NCBI GenBank assembly: GCA_951406725.2
Contig: OX597817.1
Location: 14,136,001-14,200,000, forward strand
DNA: 64,000 nt
Direction of reading: 5' to 3'
Source of the DNA: Octopus vulgaris
Lineage: Eukaryota
The notes beneath the pieces were generated by a model, which had not been told where the DNA came from, did not search any database, and was given only the letters and a program-made list of their open reading frames with translations. Position numbers and translations under genes: made by a program. Shown here one piece after another: positions 42,089 through 54,768 of this stretch; the stretch's first letter is position 1, and every line of letters starts with the position of its first letter.

Positions 42089-42109
42089 ATAGCAAAATTA
42101 TTTATATAA

Positions 42110-42309
42110 ATCTGTTCAGTTTCGTTCACAGATTTCTTAAATATTTTTCTTTTAACTAAACAATTTGAAACTTCGTATACTGGTGTAATCTCTTATGCCG
42201 AACACGGTTCACTTTCAATAGTTTTGACAAAATTTCGTATTTTAGAAGTTTCAGACTGTTTAGTTAAAAAATATATAATTTTAAAATTTGTGATTGAAGC
42301 TGAACAGAT
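42110..42309. mobile_element. MITE-like element with imperfect terminal inverted repeats of about 65 bp
   Basis: ATCTGTTCAGTTTCGTTCACAGATTT...TTTAACTAAACAATTTGAAACTT pairs with AAGTTTCAGACTGTTTAGTTAAA...AAATTTGTGATTGAAGCTGAACAGAT. Confidence 0.65.
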
Positions 42310-42404
42310 CCATTTATCTTCATACTAATATTTTATATTCACACGCACGTGACTAAAGAATTAAATGTGTTACCATAAATTTCACTCTTAGACTAAATAT
42401 GTAC

Positions 42405-42445
<41 letters not shown>

Positions 42446-42532
42446 TGCACATTTCGCACACATATTTATATACACACATACGTATGCATATTTATGTATG
42501 TCTCTATAGATGTAGTATACATACATGCGTAC

Positions 42533-42611
<79 letters not shown>

Positions 42612-42887
42612 ATATATATATATATACATATATAATATATAATATAGAATGGAAAGGGAGAGCAAAATTTTCGCTTGCATGTTCGAATTTGCGCAAAAAT
42701 TTTATCAATGGCCAGTGTTTTCAAATCCAAACCAGGGATATTATAAAATGTCTTTTTGACTAATCTTGAAACGTACGTTTCAAATAAAGGTTAAACTTTC
42801 GTGAGTTTTGCCTTTAAGTATTGGAAATAGTTTTTTAAAAAGTTTTTTTAGCTGCTTTTTAATGAAGTATGCGGCAAAGTATACTTT

Positions 42888-42968
<81 letters not shown>

Positions 42969-43473
42969 GCGCGCGCACACACTCACACACACATTTATGT
43001 GTATGTTTTTGTATGTATGTGTACGTGCTAGTTCACGTCTGATTGTATATGCTCGTAGTTAAGCTTCGTTCGGTTCCATTCGGCTGCGAAGACCCTTGTC
43101 TCCCGAGGTCCTCTTCGATTCATTTGTTTATCGTACGGTATACACTTATTTTATCACCTCCGACACCATTATCGCAACCCTCCTATTATCTTACTATAGA
43201 TCTAATCACCTTTACATTAGCGTAACGTTTTTTTTTTTTCACTTAATTTTAGTGTTATTTCTATTTTCATCATTTTAATTTTGATTGTTGTCTATTAGCG
43301 TCATAATTACCATACTTTGTTTATCATTAGTATAGGTGCTGCAAAGCGGTGAGCTGACGGAATGGTGAAAATGTTTTCCAGTTCTTATATTTCGTGTTCA
43401 AATCCATCGACGTCAACTTGTTATTAAATAAAGTTATTGTTTATTACATATTTCATAACTATGCAAGAAAATT

Positions 43474-44039
43474 CTTTTCTACTCTAGGCACAAGGCCAGA
43501 AATTTTGGAGGAGGGGGCCAGTCAATTGGATCGACCCTAGTACGCAACTGCTACGTAATTTATCGTAATTTATCGAAAGGTCGAAAGGCAAAATCGACCT
43601 CGGCGGAATTTGAACTCAGAACATAAAGACAGACGAAATAACGCTAAGCATTTCGCCCGGCGTGCTAACGTTTCTGCCAGCTCGCCGCCTTAACTATGCA
43701 AGAATATTCTTTTTTTTTTCTACTCTAGGCACAAGGCACGAATTTGGGAAGGGGGCCTGTCGATTAGATCGACTCCAGTACGCAACTGCTACTTAATTTA
43801 TCGACTCCGAAAGGATGAAAGGCAAAGCCGACCTCATCGGAATTTGAACGCAGAATGGCTGCGCAAGAATATTGATTTCTTTATTGCCCACAGGGGGCTA
43901 AACATAGAGGGGACAAACAAGGACAGACAAACGGATTAAGTCGATTATATCTACCCTAGTGCGTGACTGGTACTTATTTAATCGACCCCGAAAGGATGAA
44001 AGGCAAAGTCGACCTCGGCAGAATTTGAACTCAGAACGG
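43474..44039 (-). mobile_element. Three SINE-B copies in tandem (B2, truncated B2, truncated B1)
   Basis: They are separated and flanked by four copies of CTATGCAAGAATATT or close variants (43459, 43694, 43859, 44040). Confidence 0.85.
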
Positions 44040-44109
44040 CTATGCAAGAATATTAAAATATGTATAGTTATGTCTATTGAAGCACATGTATTATTATCGA
44101 CCATGACGT

Positions 44110-44690
44110 CGGCATGTTGGTGGAATGCTTAGCGGCATTTCGTCCGTTTTTAAGTTAAGATTCCGCCGCCGAAGTCGATTTTGCCTTTTATCCTTTCGGG
44201 ATAGAGGTCGATAAAATAAGTACCAGCCAAATACCGGGGTCAATGTAATCGACTTGCCCCTAAAACTGCCTATCCTGTTCCAAAATTTTGAAACCAATAA
44301 AGCGACAAGTAGTAGAAACCTTAGCACACTAGGAAAAATGCTTAGCTGTATTTTGTCTGCCGTTACGTTCTGAGTTCAAATTCCGCCGAGGTCGACTTTG
44401 CCTTTCATCCTTTTGGGGTCGATAAATTAAGAACCAGTTACACACTGGGGTCGATATAATCGACTTAATCCGTTTGTCTGTCCTTGTTCGTCTCCCTCTA
44501 TGTGTAGCCCCTTGTGGGTAGTAAAGAAATAGGTATTTCGTCCATCTTTATGTTCTCAGTTCAAATTCTCACGGTCAACTTTGCCTTTCAAACTTTTGGG
44601 GTCGATATCAGTTAATTACTCGAGTCGATGTAATTGACTTCCCACCTCGCCTCAAAAACAGCTGGCCCTATGCCAAAATTTAAAACCATT
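44110..44690 (+). mobile_element. SINE-B3 followed by a B1/B3 composite
   Basis: The family core occurs three times; the B1 tail is followed by GGTATTTCG at about 44532. Confidence 0.82.
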
Positions 44691-44963
44691 ATTATCGAGC
44701 CTAGAAAATTGAAAGACAAACTTTGGTATGATTCGAATGCAAGGTGCAAAGGGTCATAGCTAAATACTCCACGGCATTTCAATCGATATACTAATAGTTC
44801 TTCAAATGTGCTGCCATCACGGTTACTAAAGTATAAAATATTGGTTTCAAATTTTAGCACAAGGCCAGCAGAGGGTAGATGTTAATCGCTTACATCGACC
44901 CCAGTGCTCGATTAGTATTTATTTTATCGACCCCGAAAGGATGACCTTGGCGGAATTTGAAAT

Positions 44964-45180
44964 CATTGTGCTCGGCGCGCCAACCATTGTACTCGGCGCG
45001 CTAACCATTGTGCTCGGCGCGCCAACCATTGTACTCGGCGCGCCAACCATTGTGCTCAGCGAGCCAACCATTGTACTCGGCGCGCTAACCATTGTGCTCG
45101 GCGCGCTAACCATTATGCTCGGCGTGCTAACCATTGTGCTCGGCGTGCTAACCATTATGCTCGGCGAGCTAACCATTGTG
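44964..45180. repeat. 21-bp minisatellite, 10 full units, inside a minus-strand SINE-B (about 44840-45195)
   Basis: The unit CATTGTGCTCGGCGCGCTAAC has starts from 44964 to 45174 at 21-bp spacing. Confidence 0.92.
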
Positions 45181-45328
45181 CCAGCTCATCGCCCTATTAA
45201 AATATAAAATATTGGAAAACAATTGCGAGCACGTCGTATCAATACCATATTCCGAGCGAAACTAATTGAATATATTTTATGTCATATACGCTTGTGTGTC
45301 GATGCGTGCATTCACACGCAAACACACA

Positions 45329-45373
<45 letters not shown>

Positions 45374-45601
45374 GCACTTATTGTACCTTATCGACTCTTT
45401 AAGTTGCAATTATCGAATGCTTATCTACTGCAATCTGTCACACTAGAAAGCAAAAAAATAATTAAATAAATAACTACTAGGCTTATTTCACAAAGAAAAT
45501 TCTAAAAAAATAAATTGCTTTAATGTTAAAAATTTATACTAAAAAAATGTAATAAATAAACTAAAAAGATGCAAAAAGCAGTTACTAACTGAACTTGTGT
45601 A

Positions 45602-46481
45602 TGAGGAGATATCAAACATTTCCTGGACTGGTTATGCTTAATAAAAAAAAAATAACTTATTTATCTAAATTTTTACATCTTCTTCGAAATAGTCACCTTG
45701 CGCAGCACTATACCGGTACCAGGGTTCCTGCCACTTTTGGACTTACTGCGATTCGCTCTGGATCCCGACAACGGTGTTAAAACGGCGACCTTTCAGCTGC
45801 ATTTTCATCTTGAGGAAGAGATGGAAGCCCGGAGCTGCTAAATCTGGCGAATACAGCGGGTGCGGAAGTGATACCATGTTGTTTTGAGTGAGAAATTCAT
45901 GTGTGAGGAGAGCTCAATTGACAGGGTGCATTGTTGTCGTGAAGAATCCAATTCTTCGCGCGCTACAGATCCGGTCACTTTCGCTGAATGTCCTCCCTCA
46001 AAGGCTTCAAAACATCGCAGTAGAACTCTCGATTGACGGTCTGGCCCTGGGGGACGAATTCTCGATGCACAATACCACATTTCCGAGGGGTGACATTCGT
46101 GACATGTCTTCCAGATCGCCCATCGTCTTCCAGGGACGGTCTTCCGCTCTTGAAGCACCCGTGCCACTCGAAACATTGTGTCCGACCCATTGCCTCGTCA
46201 CTATAAGCTTGCCGAAGCATGCCCAATGTCTTTTTAGCAGACTTCCCGGGTTTAACACCAACGTTCACGCTGGCTCTTTGTTCCTGTCCATGACAAAATC
46301 ACAGACTGCAGCATACACGTGATCACAAAAATCACAAATTTCACAATTTGTGAAGTAAACTCAACGATGTCTCTCGGCACCTCATGAAGGTCACTGCTGG
46401 CTCTCACTGTGCATGCAACCGTGTACTGCCATTTGTTAGCGCGCTACAGAACTAGTCCGGAAACTTTTTGATACCACCTCG
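45602..46481 (-). mobile_element. Internally deleted mariner DNA transposon (880 bp)
   Basis: Imperfect TIRs of about 32 bp (TGAGGAGATATCAAACATTTCCTGGACTGGTT / CGAGGTGGTATCAAAAAGTTTCCGGACTAGTT) have TA on both sides. The minus strand encodes the HTH region (GKSAKKTLGMLRQAY..CFEW..FKSGR.SLEDD.RSGR) fused to GIVHREFVPQGQTVN..YC..L, ILHDNNAP and YSPDLA, with stops. Confidence 0.92.
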
Positions 46482-47245
46482 TATAACAATATTACGAATA
46501 ACATTTTTTTGAAGATTAAGTAGTACTACAATTTTATTAAAGCCTTAAATCATAGGTTTAAGTACCCATGGCGCATCAAGATGTCCTTTGCAGAGTACCA
46601 GTGTGCCGCGGTGCATTATTTGAGATCGACTGATCTAATATGATAGTTGTTAAAGAGTTGATAAATTACTCGACGTTGGAACAAACCTGAAAAAAATTTC
46701 GGAAGCAAACGTTGAATTGCTTAACGAAGATGTATGCATTCAGGCCAACGTGATAGTTAGACCTGCTAGAAATAGTAGGCAAATTTTCTTTAACTTACAC
46801 CCTATTGCTTTATAAAGGAAGTATAGATACACTAGAGCAGTGTTTCTCAGAGAAGCGGCCAACCTTCTTCTGAAGGTCGGCTGCTATGAGAATTGAGAGC
46901 GAAGCCAACAAACGGCTTTGGTTAATAAAATTAAGACGGCTTTGAGTTCTGTTTAATTTGTTCCTCACCATGGGAAAGAAAGAAAAACTATTTGGGGTGG
47001 AAACTTGTTGCTCCCTCATTTATAAAGAGGTAACCGGGACAAAAATTGTCAACAATATTTTTGGCTGGGTGGCCGGGTATTTGTTAGTTTAAGATTTATC
47101 GTACTAGAGCCCGGATTACTTTGACTGTAACCGAAACAGACAGAATGGTTATTGCTGAAAAGCTTTTGAACATGGTCCAGCTCGTTTAAGGGTGACCTGC
47201 ACTTAAGCAATAACAATGATAGCAACTACATTCATATGAATGAAC

Positions 47246-47284
<39 letters not shown>

Positions 47285-47285
47285 C

Positions 47286-47631
47286 GAAGGTACATAGCTT
47301 AGTGGTTAGGGTATTTGGCTCACGATCGTACATGTCTGCACGTATGGTCGTATGATCGTGAGTTCAATATTCGGCGGCGCGTTGTGTCCTTGAGTAAGAC
47401 AATTTTTTTCAGGTTACTCCAGTTCATTCAGCTGGCAAAAATGAGTAGTACCTGTATGTCGGAGGGCCAGCCTTGTCACATTCTGTGTGACGCTGAATTT
47501 CCTTGGGAACTACGTTAAAGGTACGCGTATCTGTGGAGTGCTCAGCCATTTGCACGTTAATTTCACGAGTAGGCTGTTCCGTTGATCGGATCAACTAGAA
47601 TCCTCGTAGTCGTAACCGACGGACTGTCCGT
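47286..47631 (+). mobile_element. Chimeric SINE: D-type head and core plus C-type 3' tail
   Basis: GTGTCCTTGAGTAAGAC..CTCCAGTTCATTCAGCTGGCAAAAATGAGTA (D) is followed by TACCTGTAT..GCCTTGTCAC..GAACTACGTTAA..GGCTGTTCCGTTGATCGGATCAAC (C). Confidence 0.8.
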
Positions 47632-47755
47632 TATATGAAGACATATATAAATATATATGAAGACACACACACACACACATGCAAGTGTATGTGTGTGCAT
47701 ATGTATGTATGCATGCATGTATGTACGATTGCATAAATAGAAAGTTATAGAGCAC

Positions 47756-48157
47756 TAAGGCGGCGAGCTGGCAGAAACGTTAGCACGCCGGGCGAAATGC
47801 GTAGCCGTATTTCGTCTGGCGTTACGTTCTGAGTTCAAATTCCGCTGAGGTCGACTTTGCCTTTCATCCTTTCGGGGTCGATTAAATAAGTACCAGTTAC
47901 GCAATGGGGTCGATATAATCGATTTAACCCGTTTGACTGTCCCTGTTTGTCCCCTCTGTGTTTAGCCTCTTGTGGATAGTAAAGACATAGGTATTTCGTC
48001 GGCCGCTAAGTTCTGAGTTCGACTTTGCCTTTCATCCTTTCGGGGCCGAGTACTAGTTACGCAATGGGGTCGATATAATCGACTTAATCCGTTTGTCTAT
48101 CCTTGTTTCTCCCCTCAGTGTGTAGCCCCTTGTGGGCAGTAAAGAAATAAAAAACAA
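47756..48157 (+). mobile_element. SINE-B1 partial dimer
   Basis: There are two B1 tails and one head. A 15-bp TSD AAAGTTATAGAGCAC lies at 47741 and 48158. Confidence 0.88.
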
Positions 48158-48160
48158 AAA

Positions 48161-48590
48161 GTTATAGAGCACCGTTCTACCTGCAATGTTATACGCGATT
48201 GAGACGTGGGTTGTGATGAAGAGAGAACATTGATAGCAGACAACGCAAGGGACCATGGAAAGATCCTTGCTAGGAAGAGCATTGCGAGAGCATATCTGAA
48301 ACCAGGTAATTCGAGAACGGAGCGGAGTGAACGAAATAATCGCAGAATACTCAGAACAAATGATCCGCTACGCCGGACATGTAGTAAGGTCCACTGACAA
48401 CAAGCTGACCAGTGCAGTTGCCGAGTGATTTCTAAGAGACTGGACAAAGCTCATTGGGAGGCCTCCACGGGGATAGGAACATGGCTTAATTAAAAGATTT
48501 GGGCCAAAATAGAAAAGAACACAATCAAGACAGAATTGGAAGCGTATTATGACAAGCGGTGTATAACATTTGATTATCTGATTTATAGTG
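48161..48590 (+). pseudogene. RTE-clade LINE, decayed C-terminal coding fragment
   Basis: TVLPAMLYAIETW..QGTMERSLLG..REHI*NQVIRERSGV..YAGHVVR.TDNK.T..V.E*..GRPP matches the RTE post-RT region. Confidence 0.8.
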
Positions 48591-48768
48591 ATACAGTGAT
48601 GTGTGTGTGTGTGTGTGTGTGTGTGTTATATACGTATACATATATATATATATACCTAATCTACATTCCTATATATCTACCTATATATATGTGTGTGTAT
48701 AAGTGTTTGTGTGTGTATATGTGTGCGCACCCGCCCATATTTGTGTATTTATATATCATGGCGGCATC

Positions 48769-48769
<1 letters not shown>

Positions 48770-48865
<96 letters not shown>

Positions 48866-49307
48866 TGTATGTATGTATGTATTCTTATGTTGGTAAAGTT
48901 TTCACTCAAATTCCTTTCACACTTATTTAATTACACGATTTCCTGGGAGAGAGGTTTGATATTTAGCAAATCAATCGATAGAATTATCTATTAACAGCCG
49001 TGTCCACGTCGTTCTTTTCCCACGTGACTTCAATTCTACCCCGTCTCCACCCATTTCAGAAGGAAATACATAAGGAAAACGTGTTCACATTCATTTACTC
49101 AACAGTATCGCTTTAGAGTGATGCCATTAGCTTTACTGTATTGTGTAGCTGCTTCATTATCATGGTGGTCGCGACTCAAACTGTTACCAATTCTAATATG
49201 GGAATTGCATACACACAATACGCCCAGCAATTATTCGTGCTCGCAATACACACAAGTTTTAAACACACACACACACACACATATGTGTGTATGTGTGTGT
49301 GAATGTA

Positions 49308-49347
<40 letters not shown>

Positions 49348-49364
49348 TACATACATATATATAA

Positions 49365-49428
<64 letters not shown>

Positions 49429-49435
49429 ATCTATC

Positions 49436-49468
<33 letters not shown>

Positions 49469-49682
49469 ACTCATACATACACAGGTATGCATACATACAC
49501 ACACACATTCACACTTACACACACATACACACACATATATATATATATATATATAGATAGATAGATGTATATATATGTATATATATGTATGCATATATAT
49601 GTATATATATATATTTACGTATATATATATATATATACATACATACATATATATACACATATATATACGTACATATATATAT

Positions 49683-49745
<63 letters not shown>

Positions 49746-49770
49746 CATACATGCATACATACAGAGAGAG
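48770..49770. repeat. (TA)n/(TG)n/(TACA)n microsatellite field; similar at 51210-51650 and 55800-56570
   Basis: Directly visible. Confidence 0.9.
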
Positions 49771-49861
49771 AGAATAGAAAGTTTTCAATGGTACAACAAT
49801 GCACTATAATACAAACAATGGGCTATATACCTGTTGTAATTTAGTCATCCATAATCTGATG

Positions 49862-49889
49862 ATATTTCGGAATAAAATTCCTTCTTCAG
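49862..49889 (-). ncRNA. Hammerhead core, probably decayed (weak stem I)
   Basis: The minus strand reads CTGAAGA-A-GGAAT-TTT-ATTCC-GAAATATC, in a short insert between (TA)-rich tracts. Confidence 0.45.
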
Positions 49890-49950
49890 ACATTCTTTGA
49901 TGGAGTCGCTGATATATGTGTATATATAAATACACACACACATATACATA

Positions 49951-50159
49951 TGAGGGGTTGCTGAAAAGTTCCTGGTTTTGGGTAAAAGAAAATACAGGAG
50001 GATCTGTTAATTATGATTTTATTCAACATATTCTCTTCTTATATACGTATTGCAGCGGCGTTCAGTTTTTCGAGGCCCTGTAAAAGAACTCAGAAGTTGG
50101 GCCTCCAAAAAGGCCTTTCGAGATACCCTTAAAGCCAAAAACTTTGGAGGACCTCCTCG
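49951..50159. mobile_element. Mariner-type MITE (about 209 bp)
   Basis: The left end TA|TGAGGGGTTGCTGAAAAGTTCCTGG resembles the reverse complement of the right end, TA|CGAGGAGGTCCTCCAAAGTTTTTGG. These TIRs are similar to those of 45602-46481. Confidence 0.65.
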
Positions 50160-50235
50160 TATATAGTAAATAGGTAGAAGCGTAGGTACGAACAAAGTAC
50201 CCCCTATTTGTCGACGATGATTTAGTTTTTCGATC

Positions 50236-50618
50236 AGCAAGAGTGGTTGTGTGGTAAGAAGCTTGCTTTCCAACCACATAGTTCCGGGTTCATCCCACTG
50301 CGTGGCATCTAGGGCAAGTGTCTTCTACTATAGCCTCGAGCCGACCAAAGCCTTGTGAATAGATTTGGTAGATAGGAACTAAAAGAGGCTTGTGTATATA
50401 TATCTATATATATATATATGTAGCACGGATTTTTGTCAGTGAACAGGTCGCGGATTTTAGCGATGAAAATATTTAGACAAATTAAACTTAAATGTTGAAG
50501 TGAATCGAACGGCTTTTGTGTGTTTCTTAAATGGCTTACAAACACCTTCCACACTGCAATTGTTTTCGTTCCAGCACACGATCTCAGATCAAATCACTTG
50601 CTATGCGAGTACATCTCC

Positions 50619-50649
<31 letters not shown>

Positions 50650-50905
50650 AGTGTATGTATATATATGTATGTATATATATATAAGTATATATATATATAT
50701 TGTGTGTTTGTCCACCCCACCATCGCTTGCAACCGATGTTAGTGTGCTTACATCCCTGTAACATAGCGTTTCGGCAAAGGAGAGGGATTGAATAAGTACT
50801 AGGCTTACAAAGAATAAGTCCTGGGGTAGATTTGTTCGACTAACGGCGGTGCTCCAGCATGGCCGCAGTCAAATGACTGAAACATGTAAACGAATAAAAG
50901 AATGA
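50236..50905 (+). mobile_element. SINE-A carrying an unrelated insert of about 200 bp (50420-50618) in its internal (TA)n
   Basis: SINE-A 5' and 3' halves flank (TA)n-insert-(TA)n. Confidence 0.82.
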
Positions 50906-51230
50906 AAGAACTGAACTACCCTTCCAATGTAATTTTTGTCGATGGGCAAGTGCTACGGACACACTAGTAACATAATATTCCGGATGAAGCAGTGTGGTAT
51001 AGGGTGTGACAAAGGTGAAATTTTGAATTACAGGCACGAGTCTTCTGACATGCTTCTGCATAATTCTTGCTACGCTCGACGTGAGATTTTGGTTACTAAG
51101 GAAAATCACGTGTAAATTTCCGCAATACGGGATCGAAAGTGGGACCTTGTAAATTGAAACAAAATCCTTAACCATTCGTCTATACAGCAAGCATGAATAA
51201 ACCAATAAATGTATGCACATACATATATAC

Positions 51231-51270
<40 letters not shown>

Positions 51271-51485
51271 TTACATGCATACATACATATATATGTGTAA
51301 GTTTATGAATATGTATATGCGTGCGTATAGGTACATATACATATATACACACATACACACATACACACATACACATACACAAATACACACTCAGAAATAC
51401 ACACACATACATATATTTACATATATATATATACATATATATATATATACATACATACGTACATACATAAATATATATGTATATA

Positions 51486-51611
<126 letters not shown>

Positions 51612-52222
51612 AATATATATATATATACACACAAAATATATATATATATATCAGCATGTATATAACAACGTCAGAATTCATTATTTCGTTAATGGGTAAC
51701 TGCTCTGATTTCGGACTTCAAGGGTTAGTGTATTTCCATCTCGCTTTTGAACCATCGACTGTACGAGTTGTTTTCTTTAATCGATTTTCACGAAATAATG
51801 AGCTTTAATTCTCGTCTGTGCATATTCGTCTGTTATCATCTTGATGTATACATACAGAGATTTCGCATTAATTTATAGCTGCAACAACAAACAATAACAT
51901 GAATGAAACAAGGTGGGGAGGGAGGGAGGGAGGGAGGGAAAAGATGTCTTCTGCAGAAAATTGAATCAATGCTGAACATGGAGATTATGATTCTGAGGCA
52001 GCCATTGCTCGAACTAATAAAAACACATTTTATAGTTGATTGGAACAAAAGCTTGTTCTATCAGTTATCAATCACATGAGCGGACACAATAAGAGAGAAC
52101 GAAAGATGGGGAAGATAAACAAACAAGACACCATTAGCGATGAATATAAAATTAGGATATTCCCAGATAAAACAGATTTTCTTACTAAATAGATTTATCT
52201 CATTTTCCGATGACTCACTCAG

Positions 52223-52292
52223 GAAGAAATAGCATTATTCCAATTTTATGCAACAACAGAACCAACAGTGAGACCAAGCGCTAAAATTGTAG
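52223..52292 (+). other. Candidate 70-nt exon
   Basis: TCTCATTTTCC...TCAG| precedes an open frame EEIALFQFYATTEPTVRPSAKIV and AG|GTGAGT. I recognise no homology. Confidence 0.25.
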
Positions 52293-52631
52293 GTGAGTGT
52301 TACATAAAATTACTCGTTAACTGCAGCCTTATTTCATGCGCTCGTTCGAAAGCTAAATTGGTTGATTAAGAGGTAAACTTACGGCAAGCAGAGTTTGCGA
52401 TTCAATTTCGATTTCCGATTAATATTTATCAGAAATGTTTAGGCGGGGAAGTTCTCGTTGAGCAGAATACACAAAAGTTAGAAAAAAATCAACTTCAAAT
52501 GTACTGCTTTTACTCGTATTCGACGCATAAATGGCACAATACTCTATGGCCTTCTAAGATAAATCTCGAGGCATTCCTTCGTTCAAAAACGAAACAACAA
52601 CAACAACAGCAGCAACAACAATAATAATAAC

Positions 52632-53435
52632 CCTTTCTACTATAGGCACAAAACCTGAAATTTGGTGGGAGGAAACTAGTCGATTACATCGATCCCACTG
52701 TTTCACTAGTACTTAATTCAACAACCCCTAAAGGATAAAAGGCAAAGTCGAACTCAGCGGAATTTGAACTCAGAACGTATCGTCAGGCGAAATACCGCTA
52801 GCATTTCGTCCAGCGTGCTAATGATTCTACCAGCTTGCCGCCTTAATAAAAATCGTGTCTACTATAGGCACAAGGCCCGAAATTTAGGGGAGGGGAATAA
52901 TCGATTACATCGACCCCAGTGCATAACTGGCACTTAATTTATCGACCCCGATAGATGAAAGGCAAAGTCAGCCTTGGTGGAATTTGAACTAAGAACGTAA
53001 AGACAGACGAAGTACCGCTAAACATTTCGCCCGGCATGCTAACGTTTCTGCTAGCTCGCCGACTAGTAATAATAATGATTTCAAATCTTTACCAAAAGGG
53101 CAGCTTGTTGGAGGGGATTAAGTCGATTACATCGACCTCAGTGTTTCACTGGTACTTAATTGTTCGACCCCGAAAGGATGACATGCAAAGCCCGACCTCG
53201 GCGGAATTTGAACTTAGAACGTAGCGACGGGAAAAATACCGCAAAGCATTTCGTCCAGTGTGCTAGCGATTCTACCAGCTTGCCGCCATAATAATAATAG
53301 TTATAGCTTCAAATTTTGCCACAAGGGCAGTAATTTGGGGGGAAGGGATAAGCCGATTACATCGACCCCAGTGTTCAACTGGTACTTAATTTATCGACCT
53401 AGAAAGGGTGAAAGGAAAAGTCGACCTTGGCGGAA
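52632..53435 (-). mobile_element. Four consecutive older SINE-B copies (B2, B2, B3, truncated B3)
   Basis: The reverse complement of the family core occurs four times in the same orientation, separated by short AAT-rich linkers. Confidence 0.85.
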
Positions 53436-54069
53436 AAGATAAGAAATAGTACGTTCAATAAATACGCCTTCAAAATTGCTGTATTTAGTTATAGGCTTAA
53501 TGGTTACACTGTCAAGCAGTGTGCTTTGCGGTATCTATTTCAAATCTCTATTGTCTAAGTTCAAATCTTTTATCCTTTCAGTATCCGTAAAGTATAAGGG
53601 GAGTATTGGAGACTGTTGTTCGTCTTCTTCTACCACCATCTTTCTCTCTCTCTCTCTCTCCCTCCTTCCATCTCTCTCTCTCTCTCTTTCTCTTTCTCTC
53701 TTTCTCTCTCTCTCTCATACATACATTCTCTCCAGAAGAAATCGGTTATGTTCAGACTGGCAAACGGATGGGCTTCGCTACTTTTAAAACGGCCAAGGCA
53801 CGTCGTATCTCATGGACACCTCACTTCCCCGATTTCATCAGAAGTTAAAGGCCAACCCGAAATCTAGTCTATGTAGATCATGTACATGGTCGATTGATAT
53901 TGGTCTAATAAGAGAAATATCATCCTAAAATAAATAATTTCAGGACTTTGGGTTGATAGTATTATTTGTGCTATGCTACAGCATCATATTCCAGTACTTT
54001 TATGAGATTCGATATCGAATTTTGATATCAGATTGTCCAGAATTTTCTAGATATCCGGGACGGTAGTAC

Positions 54070-54123
54070 AAGACACTTGCCTTATGAGTGAACTTGGCTG
54101 ACTGAATTTTTATGGAAGACCGC

Positions 54124-54160
<37 letters not shown>

Positions 54161-54768
54161 ACGCATGCGTGTTGTGGTTGTTTGCTGTCTGCCAACGCTT
54201 GACAAACGGTGTTGGTTTGTTTGCGTCACCACGACTTGTCATTTCAATGAAATAGACAAATAGAAGAATTTGCTAGATATAAAAATATGTACTGGATTCG
54301 ATTTCTTCGACTAAAACCCTTCAACGCGGTGCCCCAGCATGACCGCAGTCCAACGTCGAAAACAAATAAAAGACAAGCTAAAAGATATGCTTTTCTACTC
54401 TAGGGAACAAGACCCGAAATTTTGGGGGAGGGAGCCAGTCGATTAGATCGACCCCCCCCCCCACAGTACGCAACTGGTACTTAATTTATCGACCCCAAAG
54501 AGATGAATGGTAAAGTCGACCTCGGCGGAATTTGAACTCTGAACGTAGCGGCAGACGAAATACCTATTTATTTACTACCAGCAAGAGGCTAAACACAGAG
54601 GGGACAAACAAGGACAGACATAGGTATTAAGTCGATTACATCGACCCCAGTGCGTAACTGGTACTTAATTTATCGACCCCGAAAGGATGAAAGGCAAAGT
54701 CGACCTCGGTGGAATTTGAACTCAGAACGTAACAGTAGACGAAATAACGCTAAGCATTTCGACGCCTT
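54070..54768. mobile_element. Old SINE-A 3' half (+) with a minus-strand B1/B2 composite (54390-54768) at its tail
   Basis: An 18-bp TSD GACAAGCTAAAAGATATG lies at 54372 and 54769. Confidence 0.85.

Noticed and set aside
53788-53885. Faint 5S rRNA resemblance (ACGGCCA..CACGT; GAAGTTAA)
   Set aside because: The matches are short, the spacing is off by about 9 nt, and the 3' half does not align.
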